Below the pieces are notes generated by a model. The model ran no database searches. It worked only from the letters and a program-made list of their open reading frames with translations, and was not told the origin of the DNA. A stretch of DNA of 60,628 bases, filler included, from Porpidia crustulata (Eukaryota), in the NCBI GenBank assembly GCA_964255105.1. It is 14 parts of 14 records of this genome, joined end to end, with 100 filler letters (N's around TTAATTAATTAA, not from the genome) between each part and the next. Parts side by side here need not be neighbours in the genome. Positions count along the whole stretch, not along the records: positions 1 to 4,268 come from CAXUWE010002112.1; positions 4,369 to 8,631 come from CAXUWE010002113.1; positions 8,732 to 12,980 come from CAXUWE010002114.1; 11 more parts are not named here. One strand, given 5' to 3'. The position numbers and the translations under genes were made by a program. Numbering within the stretch: the first letter of the stretch is position 1; each line of letters starts with the position of its first letter. This document shows, piece by piece, positions 1 to 11,238 of this stretch.

Positions 1-816
1 GAAATTACCAACCCAAGGAAATCAGCACCATGGGGTGCTGGTATGCCAACATGCTATTGGAGAATGGATCTCGTAGGACATGTGCTGTGCTTGAGATGAA
101 ACAGGTGACCGTGGTAGAGAATTATGCCTCTGCACGAGCGTAGGTGAATTAATACCTTAAACTATGACATGCGCCTGTAGCTTGCCGTAATGGAATCTGA
201 TAAATCGAGGGAAGTTATGTAAAAGCAACATCGCGTAGGCACGTAGAGTTGGACGGTTTGGGCGAGTTCTCTAGCAATAACACGCTGGCGAGACGGTAGT
301 AGAAATAAAACTGAGAAGATACTGAAAACTGTGCCTATTGTCGGATCTAGCAGCTTGTAATGATTCCTTTCTGGAAATGGAATATCAGCCCGGAGAGGAA
401 TGAGTACGATGGCGAGGATTATTAGTTGGTCGTACTGGTGTACAGATAGTATTAAAGACGGCAAAGACTATAGCACAGACTGTCAACGTAATCTCCTTGT
501 TGTGGACACGGCCCGAGTTGCCAACGCTGGAGGTGGTCCAATGGAGTGCAGGTGGTGAGGAGTCTAAGAGAAGAGGAAGGGAAAAGTTGGATCCTAGCAA
601 GACCTCTTGGCAGCGCTTGGCAATGCCAGTAATACCCTCGCCTTACTGTGTCCTGTCTCAAGACCGAAGGTCTTCAGACGGTGCTCTCAAAACCAACGCC
701 GTTTTCAGATCGATGAAAATCTAAGTGCTAAGCTTTATCAATCATCGAGGACTCAACAAGAAGCCCGCCAAATCTCTTTTTTTCTCTCCTTTAATACCAA
801 GCAAACAAAATGCCAA

Positions 817-3231
817 TCATGGATCGTCCCCAGCGGATATGTCGGCTACAGCGCTATCAAACGCTTCAATAATGGGGTCGTACAACTTCTCTGGTGGATC
901 TTGTGGAGTCCCAACGAGCAAACCGTTCTTGTAAGGGAAAAGGATACCCCGTATCTTTTTACATAGAGGCTTAACACGATCGAAGGCGTGTGGAAACTCC
1001 TTCACAATATCCTCAAATTTATCGACGTGCATGTAACCTTGTTTTGCGTCTGCAATGTCATCGAAGCTGCCGGTATACCACTTGCTCAAAATATTTCTTT
1101 TGGGCCGGTCAACAGCCGAGCACAAAAATTCCCTTTCCCAAGCGCGACGGGCGCAAATCCATAGAAGCACGTAGAAAAATGACTCGAGATCGTGCCGATA
1201 AGTGTGAGCGACACGCTGTAGCACTTGAATCGCCATAAACTCCATTGTGCCTGTGTGATGCCGTGCGCCGCTTCGTCCGCTACCGATCTCCTTGGCAAGG
1301 TCCTCGTCGATCAACATGCCCGTAAAGCCATCAGTTTCCTTTGGATTTGTTATAATAATGTTGTTTTCCGAGATATCCCTGTGCAATATCTTTCCATCTC
1401 TGTACAAAGACCTGTGCGCCTTGATTGCATCGCGAAGGGCCTCCAGCAGCTCTGGGATTGACCGAAAATCCTGGATCGCGCGACCGGCTGGCGAGATCAC
1501 CAAGCAACCGAAGATGCGGTTGTCGAACGAGCTGTCATCATGGGCATAGAGACTCGTCGTTTGGCTATTTACCTCCTTGTCCCGCTTGGCTTTGTCAGGG
1601 CTCTGGCTGTTGGACCTTGATCTTTTGGATGGGCTCCCTCCAGCGTCGACCGACTTTCGTTTCTTCGGAAAATCTCCAGCGGTGCCTAGGCTGCAGATCG
1701 GACCAAATGATTGAGGGAGGAGAGACTGCGACTGCGAAAAGGAGGATGCAGGACTCAACGTGGTATTCCGAAAAGGGTACGGCTTTCCCAACGTCAACCC
1801 CTCGCGCATGTCCGCAATACTGGTGATGCGATGGTGACCGAATAGCTTGGCAACCCCCTTCACTCCTCTTTCGCGTGCTAACCTGAGGAGATCGGCTTCC
1901 GGTCGTCGCTTGTCGGAGACCCAGGAAAATTTAGCGACATATTGCAAATCCTTGGAGCTAGGAGTTCTGGCACGAAAGCAAGATGTACCGCGACACACAA
2001 TCGCCCGTTGATGAGCGATGGGAACCGGCTCCAACTGCAGTCTTCTCTCCTTGCCCGTTGCATCTTCCACGACGGTGATGAATCGATCGCCATCATCTCG
2101 CTCGATGAAAGTGTCAAGACCCAACTCTTCGTCGCTCATCATCACATATGCTGCAATCGTACGGATGAAACGCTCTGGCTCGTCATGGATATTGAAAGCA
2201 GTTGAGCTGTAAGGACCAGAGCGATCAAACACCCACGCCTGCATATCGTTCCCACAGAGAGTAAAAGCGTGCACGTATCGGCGAGTCGGCTGACAGGAGA
2301 ACACGTCGCGGACGTATCTAGCGATCTGAAGCAGTGTCGCTTTCTTGTCCTTGTTGGACTCTTTGAGTTCCCCAATCACTTCAACGTCCTTCCAATCATG
2401 TACTTCCTTCGACAGCTTTTCGTTGTTGGGCTTGACGAATAGGTCGATTTGGCGTTTAGCTTCGGAGCCCATAAGATCTTTGGTGTTGCTCGTGTAATAA
2501 ACACCCCGCTCATTCGGTAGGAACTCATCTTGAAAATGAAACCACCATTCACAGACAGCATTTTGTACCGGTGACTGAGGGAAATCTGTCCACCGTCCGT
2601 CCGCATGTCTTTCTTGCACGGCCTTATAGATCTCTTTCGTGCGCTCGGTCCAAGGCTTTCCCTCAAAATATTTTGAGAAGAAACCCTCAACGTTCTGATG
2701 TGTACATCCCCTTATCTCTTCGAAGATCCTTCCTTCCACCAGTTTCTGAGTTTGCTCACCGCCTTGCTGCGAGGCGGATGAACTCGTGATTGGAGTGCCA
2801 TCGAAGGAAACAGGAACGCTTGTAGGAGGGGTTGTTCGGGAGACTGTGGTGATGAGGTCGAAGACGGCGTTCCAAACGTCGACATCGGAGGCTTGTTTGA
2901 CGACAAGGCATGACAGCGCACGGTGGTGTTCGTAGTTGAAGTTGCCATTTCGGATGCGTCTCCGAAGTCCTAACAGGTCAGAAGCTATATCTCCACTCCC
3001 GGTCTTTGACTGAAGATCAAGTGCAACTTCGTGGCCCATCAATGTTGTGAGTAATCTTGAAATAGTGTTTTGAGGATCCGAATCGGCACCATTGACGACG
3101 TCATGGTGGGAGAGGGAATTCGGCTCGTATTTTTGCTCTGCTCTTCGAAGTGGATCTCGTAAATGATCCAGACATTTGTCCAAAGGATGCTCTGCGATGA
3201 TGTTGCGATCGTTTTGCGATAGATTGGCCAT
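817..3231 (-). CDS. Fungal-type protein kinase (FunK1 / Pkinase_fungal), 804 aa, intronless
   Basis: Uninterrupted ORF with FunK1 motifs VIGELK, QPTRRYVHAF, FDRSG, IVCRGT, VAKFSW, ILHRDISENN, LIDEDLA, TGTMEFMA and HDLESFFY. Confidence 0.9.
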   Translation of the reverse strand: MANLSQNDRNIIAEHPLDKCLDHLRDPLRRAEQKYEPNSLSHHDVVNGADSDPQNTISRLLTTLMGHEVALDLQSKTGSGDIASDLLGLRRRIRNGNFNYEHHRALSCLVVKQASDVDVWNAVFDLITTVSRTTPPTSVPVSFDGTPITSSSASQQGGEQTQKLVEGRIFEEIRGCTHQNVEGFFSKYFEGKPWTERTKEIYKAVQERHADGRWTDFPQSPVQNAVCEWWFHFQDEFLPNERGVYYTSNTKDLMGSEAKRQIDLFVKPNNEKLSKEVHDWKDVEVIGELKESNKDKKATLLQIARYVRDVFSCQPTRRYVHAFTLCGNDMQAWVFDRSGPYSSTAFNIHDEPERFIRTIAAYVMMSDEELGLDTFIERDDGDRFITVVEDATGKERRLQLEPVPIAHQRAIVCRGTSCFRARTPSSKDLQYVAKFSWVSDKRRPEADLLRLARERGVKGVAKLFGHHRITSIADMREGLTLGKPYPFRNTTLSPASSFSQSQSLLPQSFGPICSLGTAGDFPKKRKSVDAGGSPSKRSRSNSQSPDKAKRDKEVNSQTTSLYAHDDSSFDNRIFGCLVISPAGRAIQDFRSIPELLEALRDAIKAHRSLYRDGKILHRDISENNIIITNPKETDGFTGMLIDEDLAKEIGSGRSGARHHTGTMEFMAIQVLQRVAHTYRHDLESFFYVLLWICARRAWEREFLCSAVDRPKRNILSKWYTGSFDDIADAKQGYMHVDKFEDIVKEFPHAFDRVKPLCKKIRGILFPYKNGLLVGTPQDPPEKLYDPIIEAFDSAVADISAGDDP

Positions 3232-3638
3232 CTCAAGGTAGGGGCAAGGCCTAGGCTACAGTGAGCTTTATATCTTATTTGCAGGTTGCTAAACGAGACT
3301 GCAGGATGTTCGTGGGTTTAAAGTCGATGGCGAGCAGGCTGAAACGGTTGGAGATGAAGATGGCGAAACACAGTCGCCTCGATCTTTAGGATGACTAATA
3401 GGCTGTCAAGGGCAACTATCATTCCTGCGCCATACGAGACAACCAATCGGCCCAACTTTAAGCCGAGAAGCGCTGAACAGGCTACTGCGCAAGCGTAGGC
3501 GTCTCAACAACGACAACAACATTCGGGCTTTACAAGCTACTTTAAAGACAAGGAGCAAGGATGCACACTTCCTGACTTTCGCCGGGCTCTAGGCGGCTCA
3601 TACTCATACTCCGGACACAACCTCAGTGTTTTCTGTAG

Positions 3639-4142
3639 ACGACCTTCACTCAGTATACATTCCCCACTGGATGGGCAGGACGAACATGTGTAGGCCCAAA
3701 TTTCGATCCTAACGGCAGCAAGATCGAAGGCAGTTATACGGGTCCACCTGATATCGATGTTAGCTACGTGGATGGCTATTCAGTGCCTATAACCTGTTCT
3801 TCTGAGGGTACACCACTATCCGGCTGCAACATTGATCTTTTCAAGCAGCCCAATATTCCATGCAACAACTAGGTGAAAGGTCCAGTCTGCTTGAATCCCG
3901 CTCAAAACATCGCCAATGGGCCTACTTCACCGTTCTTCGCCGCTTGCAAAGGGGCAGCTTATACCTTTCCAAACGACAATGATGCCAACGTTATCGATCT
4001 TGAGAGTTCTCTGGTTTCCTGTTGCATTGGCGCGTCGTGCAATGCACCTTCACGACAATCAGGGCAAACGCGATTACGGCTGTCTTATACCTTCGAGATA
4101 AGAGTGAGATATGTTCAACCGTGCGTTGGCCAGCGTCTTTGA
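3639..4142 (+). pseudogene. Thaumatin/osmotin-like protein with internal stop; 5' part not found
   Basis: Reading upstream in the frame of ORF 3873 gives FPTGWAGR...DIDVSYVDGYSVPITC...GCNIDLF...CNN*VKGPVCLNP...FFAACKGAAYTFPND. In-frame TAG at 3870-3872; possible acceptor TGTAG ending 3638. Confidence 0.7.
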
Positions 4143-4268
4143 AATGTGCTATGCGACACGATGCGAGATCCTTGAAAGTCTACATGTTCTGTTACGGCCA
4201 TACCCACCATATGTAGTAGTATTGGACCAAGTCTTCCAACTTGGTATTTCGCCTTTTAGGTGGTGCAG

Positions 4269-4368
4269 NNNNNNNNNNNNNNNNNNNNNNNNNNNNNNNN
4301 NNNNNNNNNNNNTTAATTAATTAANNNNNNNNNNNNNNNNNNNNNNNNNNNNNNNNNNNNNNNNNNNN
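4269..4368. other. Artificial contig linker (first of 13)
   Basis: 44 N + TTAATTAATTAA (stops in all six frames) + 44 N. Identical linkers at 8632-8731, 12981-13080, 17324-17423, 21663-21762, 26002-26101, 30340-30439, 34675-34774, 39010-39109, 43342-43441, 47666-47765, 51987-52086 and 56308-56407. Confidence 0.98.
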
Positions 4369-4948
4369 GAGATTGGGGATGGATGTGGAGGGTTGGAGTG
4401 GTGGATTCGTTGGATGTTCGGCCGTTGGGAAGAGAACTATGAGTGCTGGATCGATATCTTAAGGAGGTATATGTAGACAAGGATTAAGTTTCCTCTCAAG
4501 ATGGCTTGAAACAAAGAGTGAAGTAGCAGTCGTACAATCGTAATGCTGATCTGCTTGGTCTGAGCTCTTAGTGAATTGGAAAGTGTCACTGTTGACTGTT
4601 GATTGGCTGTAGATTTTGTGTCTCTGAGCGATCCCTGCCATTTACTTACCGCACTAATCGCTAAGCCATGGTTGTCGTGCGATTCCGGCAACCAGAGTTA
4701 TGGTACCAGACTTTCGGCTCCATACGTTCAATCAAGCCAGCCCTGTCTCTTCAGGCTGCGGGAGTTCTCCCGTCCGTTTTTGGAATTGAACCAAGAAGGC
4801 GAAGACCAAAGTAATCACTGATAGCACCGTAATGCTAGAAATTCTGCCTCAATAGTAGGGGCTTGATGATTCTTAATGCTACTTCCTAGGTCTTGCCTCC
4901 GCGAGAAATTCTCGCGGACGAGTAGTAGTCGGCTCTGGTTCTGCGAGA

Positions 4949-6632
4949 TCACTGCCTGATACTTCGTAGCCGAACCCTCCGTAGCTCAAACAAACAGGCA
5001 CTTGCCACAATATAGGAGAGCCCAGAAAAAATCTGCGGGTACAAGTAGGCTCTGGTGGAATTGGGACGACGTAGCTGCAAGGCGATGACTTCGGAGACTG
5101 ATCAGAGAATTGAGTTAGTGACCATTTTTTTCATATAGTGCGGCCAAGGTTATAATACGTACAGGTAGTGGGAAGTATGATTGTCGTCCAAGATAGAGCA
5201 AGTAAAGACTGTAGGTGTTTGAGTCCTGCTACTTCTACGCACAGGGGACTGATAGTCTGTTAGGGGCGAGAAAAGTGTTAGTGAGAATATAACTTCGCAA
5301 AGATAACCACTGACCATCCAGAATGTACCTAGTATAGCACCGCTGAGAATAGCAAAGAGCACAGTGGCCCAGAAAGAATGAGCTGGGAGCCAAATGATGA
5401 AGCAGAGAAGTCCACAAATAAATGTAAACAGCCCTGCAACCTCGATCCTGCCATAACGATCACTCAGGAGCCCCACCAATGGTCTACCAACCGCAGTGCC
5501 CAAGTTTAGAAATGCGACGATTTCTGTGGCGTGAGTCTGAGTGAGCTTGATGGAAATTGCAAAGTCGGCCAGGGAATATAACAAGGTAATGTATCCCAAC
5601 ATGCTGATGAACGCCCACGCCAGTAACAGCTGTACCTTGTACTGCCTGAGTAGGGTGGTATCAAATCCAAGCTGAAGGGGTTTGATGATATGATTCCGAT
5701 CATGGAGGAGCAGTGCAGCCGTTAGATTTACAACAAATGTGATGATTCCAGTAATGCGAAGAGACCAGCCAAGGCTGATATGCTTGATCATTGCACCAGT
5801 GGCAAAGGAAAAAATAACACCCCCGATACCCGATCCCGCCGAGCTAATACCATTTGCCAGGCTACGCTTCTCTGAGAACCACTGAGAAAGAATGGAAATG
5901 CTTGGAATAAAGATGAAACCAACACCGGCTCCTACAAGTATACCTTGGGAAAGATACAATTGCCAAATTCTCTTGGCGAATGACGCCGAGATGAAGCCTC
6001 CGGCCTGCATGATGATACCCAAGATCATGGGTAATTGTTTGCCGAATTTTCGCGTGAGAATTGTGACCAATGGGGCAGCTAGCATGGCCATGGAAAAGTT
6101 GAAGCCGCCAATAAAGGCGTAGTCCAAGGACGTGGCCTCCGGGAAGATGTCATTGTGTAAGTAATAGGATAGATAGACTCCGTATGACTGCAAACAATTA
6201 TAAGTCAGCAGAGATTACATGCCGGCTTCTCTTCAAGCAATTTTTCTCTATTTTGCACCTGAATAATCCAGGACACGACCAATTACTTTATGTGCTTGGC
6301 ATTATCATGCATTCCAGACTACCCAAGCTGTGCATCTCGTGTAAGGTTCATGCCATAGTAGCACTTCCGTAGATATTCGAATATAGCAAAGGATGATGAG
6401 ATGGTTGAACCAATCAACTCACAGCAATGACACCCCAGGTAAAGCAATTGATAGTCAACAAGGCTCCCAGGCAAACCCATCCATACCCACCATCTGGAGG
6501 AGCTTCTGCCGTCAAGATGGGAGGTGGATCGTCGGCGCCTGGATTTGATGGTTCCTGGACTTGTGCTTCTTTTGCCCTTTTGCTACCGTTCAACTTACGC
6601 CAAGGCGGTAGATAGATATCGCATGTTGCCAT
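4949..6632 (-). CDS. MFS transporter, monocarboxylate porter (Mch/MCT) family, 4 exons
   Basis: PPDGGYGW motif in exon 1 (6632-6423); exon 2 6187-5315 with WFSEKRSLANGI and GLLSDRYGR; exon 3 about 5256-5163; exon 4 about 5097-4949 ending LRSIRQ*. GT-AG introns keep the frame. Confidence 0.88.
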
Positions 6633-7319
6633 GACTGCAGTGTAAAGTCTTAGGCTGGAAGGAAACACAGCTCAATAAACTGGGCGATTGAATCGAGAAG
6701 CATGTTTGGGATGGCGACATAGGTTTCTGGTATCAAGACGACGCATCCCATCTCTTTGAGATATGTCAGCTACGTCAGTCAACGAACATCCGCGTGCCAC
6801 AATGGTTGACAATCGACGGGTAGCAATAGTATTCTTCATCCGGAAGAATGGCACAAGATGTCCAACAAATTAGGCTGGTATTGGTCTCCCTCCTCTTTCT
6901 CCGCATATCGCATACCGCTTATGCAATCCGTGCTCGGATTTTCGCATCGGGACGGTCAACCTTGAATGTCGTCGCGGCAAATCAATCGATAAAGACTCTT
7001 CTCGCTCTCAAGGTGTGGCGTTTGATTCAGGTGATAGAGAGAAGATTCGGTTGTTTGGTGTTCACACTGCGGACAAGAACCTCGGCCCAATCAGAATTCG
7101 GCAGTGACCTCTCGCTCACCCAATTCCTCGTCATGCTACGCGTAAAGCACCAAGCTTTGATACTCACGACACTCGAGATATTGTAATCAGATCGTAATTC
7201 TTGCAATCGCTAATCTCATTACGCCATTACAAAGATGTAGGCAGATACGCTTAGATTCGGACTTTCTGGTTGGGTATCTGCTGTTTCGCCTGTTTGTGTT
7301 ATTTCGTTCTCATACGCGA

Positions 7320-8512
7320 ATGAGCAGTTTCTACCGTCCGCGCCTTCTACGGCATCATTTGCTGCATTATCATTCCCTACATAGAGCAAATACTACTTTT
7401 CATTCATCAAAATTTCTCCCATCGGTTAGTAGTTCCATGGCTATGACATCTTCTCACGGTGATCTCAATAACACCGCTGCTGTTCGTCCTCCAGCATTCA
7501 TTGCCCCCGATCCGATTCTTGCCAGGCGAGCGCTGGCAATCCCGGCTTCGGAAGATGACCCGAACGTCAGAGGTGCTTACCGGCCGTTTTTGCTACCCGA
7601 TGGGATTGTGAAGGACGACTGGATAGCTAAGCTCGAGCTCAGTACTGCAATCAAGATGGTAGAGGAAGACTGGAAACGGAATGGTGGCGACAGGATCAAA
7701 GTGTTGGTGCTTTTCGGTAGCCTGAGACGGAGGTATGGTCTCAAGATTCCTTGATCTCCCTGCAAATGCACTTGAAGTTAGAGCTCAGTTGTGCTGGCCA
7801 TAAAGGTCATACTCACGCCTCCTCGCCTTCGAAGCGGCCCGGATTCTGTTCAGACTTGGATGCGACGTTCGCGTATATGATCCAATCGACCTACCGGTCA
7901 AGGACGAAGATCATCAATCGCACGAAAAGGTGCAAGAACTCCGACAGCTAAGTAGATGGAGTGACGGACACATCTGGGTGTCACCCGAGCAGCACGGCCA
8001 AGTGGTAAGCCTCCTTAATCCAATGTTCCAATCGCCCCAGCCGCAGCGATCGTAGTATCTGACTTTCAATTCATCAGACCGGCGTCTTCAAAAACCAAAT
8101 CGACTGGATCCCCCTCTCCACCGGCTCCGTTCGACCCACCCAAGGCCGCACCCTAGCCATCGCCCAAGTCTCCGGCGGCTCCCAATCCTTCAACACCGTC
8201 AACACGCTACGCATCCTCGGGCGCTGGATGCGCATGTTCACCATCCCGAACCAAAGTTCCATCCCCATGGCCTACACGCAATTCACCGACGCTGTCGCCG
8301 CCGACGACACCAAAGCCGAGGCCCTCGAGGGCGGCAGCAGGCTGATGCCGAGCACGAACCGAGACCGTCTCGTGGATTGCATGGAGGAGTTTGTCAAGTA
8401 TACCGTGGTGATGCGGCCGCATTTCGACCTTTTTGGCGACCGGTATAGCGAGAGGACTGAGAGGTTGGCGAAGCAGCGGAATGTGGGTGCAGTAGATCTG
8501 AAAAGCATATAG
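7320..8512 (+). CDS. arsH: Arsenic resistance protein ArsH (NADPH-dependent FMN reductase), 3 exons; alternative start 7437
   Basis: Spliced product (introns about 7733-7805 and 8005-8078) contains [68 protein letters not shown] and [15 protein letters not shown], all ArsH signatures. Confidence 0.93.
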
Positions 8513-8731
8513 AATCATAGAGCGTTGTGGCCACTCTGCACAGTTCCTGGAGCATTAGAACAGTAATTTACCATCCATGCACGGGAAACACCGGAGAAAT
8601 CGAGCCTACTCAGGCCGATCCAAAACCTATGNNNNNNNNNNNNNNNNNNNNNNNNNNNNNNNNNNNNNNNNNNNNTTAATTAATTAANNNNNNNNNNNNN
8701 NNNNNNNNNNNNNNNNNNNNNNNNNNNNNNN

Positions 8732-9471
8732 ATGTAGGGGTCTGGATTGCGGGAGACGGCCATCATGGACCAGAAGACTTCTGTGGCGTTGATGGGAGGC
8801 AGGGGGGGCAGTTGGGGGTCTGTTGGTGAAGAGGATGAAGAGACGATTGATTCCGAGGTGAGTCGTTTTGTAGAGTCAATTGATGCAGGTTGAGGTGTCG
8901 ATGGTCTCCTACTATTGTTCTTGTCCTCGACTGGATTGACCACCTCTTCTACCTCCAAGCTTACGGGGTCTCCAATTGTGGTATCTTTTGCTAGTTTGGA
9001 GAGTGACGGCCTTCCGCTTTCTTGGCTCTGCTTGGACTGTGCCCCTCGATCCTGGTCCGTAGGCGAAGAATCGGCGGCTTCGGCCTTCAAGCTAACGTGG
9101 TCTCCTAATTGCGTAGGATTCGCCACGTCTTTGAGTTTCTTCTTGCTGTTCCTGAAGCTACTATGGTATTCTCGCCATAGGTCTTTGTTTTGGAGGTCTG
9201 CATTAAAACCTTTGAAGAATTCGTTGTTCATCGGTATTCCTCCGCGTTCTAGACGCTGCCACCAGCCATTAGGGGAACTTTTGGAGATGGCATAGTTGAC
9301 CCAGTCTTTGGGGATGTTGTGCTTCTGCTCATATTCTAGAATGGCTTGAAACGGAGATAGAACCTGCAACCATAAGTTATTGCCACTGAGTTAGGCCGAT
9401 TGGGACGAGGATCTTACTACGACACCCCCAACGTCAAACAGGATGACTTTTGGAGGCTTTTGAGGTGCCAT
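8732..9471 (-). CDS. HAD-superfamily hydrolase (epoxide-hydrolase N-terminal type), 3' truncated by contig end
   Basis: Exon 1 MAPQKPPKVILFDVGGVV (HAD motif I variant), intron, then VLSPFQAILEYE...WWQRLERG...FWSMMAVSRNPDP. Confidence 0.8.
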
Positions 9472-9929
9472 TGTTCGCCGATTCCACTCGTAGATTGGAA
9501 GTTCCTGGCCAACGAGGATGCACAAAGGTTACAGAATATCAAGAGGGAATTAGGCTCCTAGCCAACCCCACAACACCGTAGTTCGGTCCATGGGACTGGT
9601 ATTATGGCGATGATGCCCACACTGAAGTCTACCGAGGCTGCAGGGCCTTATCGATAAGGGCTTGGACTCTGCATGTGCTTGGAGTGTCTTTGTCTTTACA
9701 TCAAATTTGCTGCTTCATGGTCTGATAGCATGGGGCTAACGATAGGTACCTATCAGGTTATATTGTGAAGGAAGATAGATGTTATACAGTATATAATTAC
9801 CAACATCGAATTTTGTGCGAACATTGAAGAAATGTACTGTGAAACTCGCCTCTTGTGCACAGCGTAGTAGAAATAAATTATAGAAAATCAATATATTACA
9901 GTGTAGAACTCAAAGACAAATCATTCATC

Positions 9930-10987
9930 ATGCCTGTAGGAATCAATCAGGTAGGCCTTATAAGACGTCTTCCTGCTTCCCAATGTTAATACGGGCGATC
10001 AGCCCTCAAACCAAATCCGACTTACAAATGTCTCCCTTGTCCGTTTGAAAAAAGGTAGCTACATGGCTCAAACTTGAATGGCATTTCCACTAACAAGAGA
10101 AAGGCAGGAAACGCTTCGAAATCGCCTGCTACAAGAACAAAGTCCTCGAGTACCGCTCCGGCGTGGAAACCGACCTCGACAATGTCCTCCAAATCCACTC
10201 CGTCTTCCTCTCCGTCAGCAAAGGTCAAACCGCCCCCGCCGAAGACCTCAAGAAAGCTTTTGGGCCCAAGGTCTCCACCGATGAAATAATCATGGAGATA
10301 CTGAAAAGGGGGGAGATGCAAGTCGGGGAGAAGGAACGGCACGCCCAGCTGGACAGGGTGCACAACGAAGTGATCGACATTGTGGCCGGGAAACTCGTAG
10401 ATCCGAAGAGCAAGAGAGTGTATACGACGGGCATGATCGAGAAGGCGTTGGATCAGCTGAGCAGCCAAGGAGCGCACAAGCAGGATGAGGGGCCAAAGGG
10501 AAGTGGAGCTGCCACGCCGACGAACAGCGAAGAGCAGGTGGAGGGGTCCAAGGGGAAAGGAAAGGAGAGGCCGACATGGACCGGTGTGGTGACTACGAAG
10601 TCGTCCAAAAGCCAGGCGCTGGAAGCAATGAAGGCACTCATCGCATGGCAGCCCATTTCAGTGACAAGGGCGAGAATGAGACTTCGAATCACGTGTCCGA
10701 CGTCTATATTGAAGCAAGCGTCAAAGGCCGCACCGAAGAAAGACGTTCATGACGGCGGAGCGGAAGATGGTGATGGAGAGAGGTCGACGGGGACGGTCAA
10801 GGATCGGATTCTGAGCTACGTTGAGCAGATCGAGTCGCAAGATACTATGGGTTCGGAGTGGGAAGTGGTGGGCTTTGTGGAGCCGGGGGCGTTCAAAGGT
10901 CTTGGGGAATTCATTGGTGGGGAGACCAAAGGCCGTGGGCGGGTAGAGGTTTTGGATATGGCGGTGGTGCATGAAGGAGACGAGTAA
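9930..10987 (+). CDS. SDO1: Ribosome maturation factor Sdo1/SBDS, 3 exons
   Basis: MPVGINQ | PSNQIRLTNVSLVRLKK | GRKRFEIACYKNKV...EILKRGEMQV...KSQALEAMKAL...RARMRLR; introns 9951-10002 and about 10055-10103. Confidence 0.95.
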
Positions 10988-11238
10988 AACGAGCCCTTCG
11001 CATTGATACCCATCCTTTGAGCGCAAATTCACCGAACAGTACGCATGCATGACCTACGTCTCAAAGAACCTGTGCATGTTCAAGTTGTTGAATTTTGCAT
11101 GCCTGCTGGTCGACCTGGAAAGAACATGAGAATCCGGTCGTTCCACGTATGGAATTAAATCACAGCCAGAGCGTGTAATATAATCAAATTCCTACGAAGT
11201 ATCCACCGTAAAATTCCGCACCCCGTAGCCCGTTCCGC

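Noticed and set aside
4191..4208. GTTACGGCCATACC resembles the 5' end of some 5S rRNAs
   Set aside because: Match is about 14 nt, with no downstream 5S internal control region or 3' stem.
4200..4268. Minus-strand peptide TKLEDLVQYYYIW resembles the end of a SANT domain
   Set aside because: Only about 20 codons at a contig edge; insufficient to call a gene.
4313..4324. TTAATTAATTAA recurring every ~4.33 kb, resembling a regularly spaced repeat array
   Set aside because: Always embedded in N runs of fixed length; an artificial six-frame stop linker, not CRISPR or a biological repeat.
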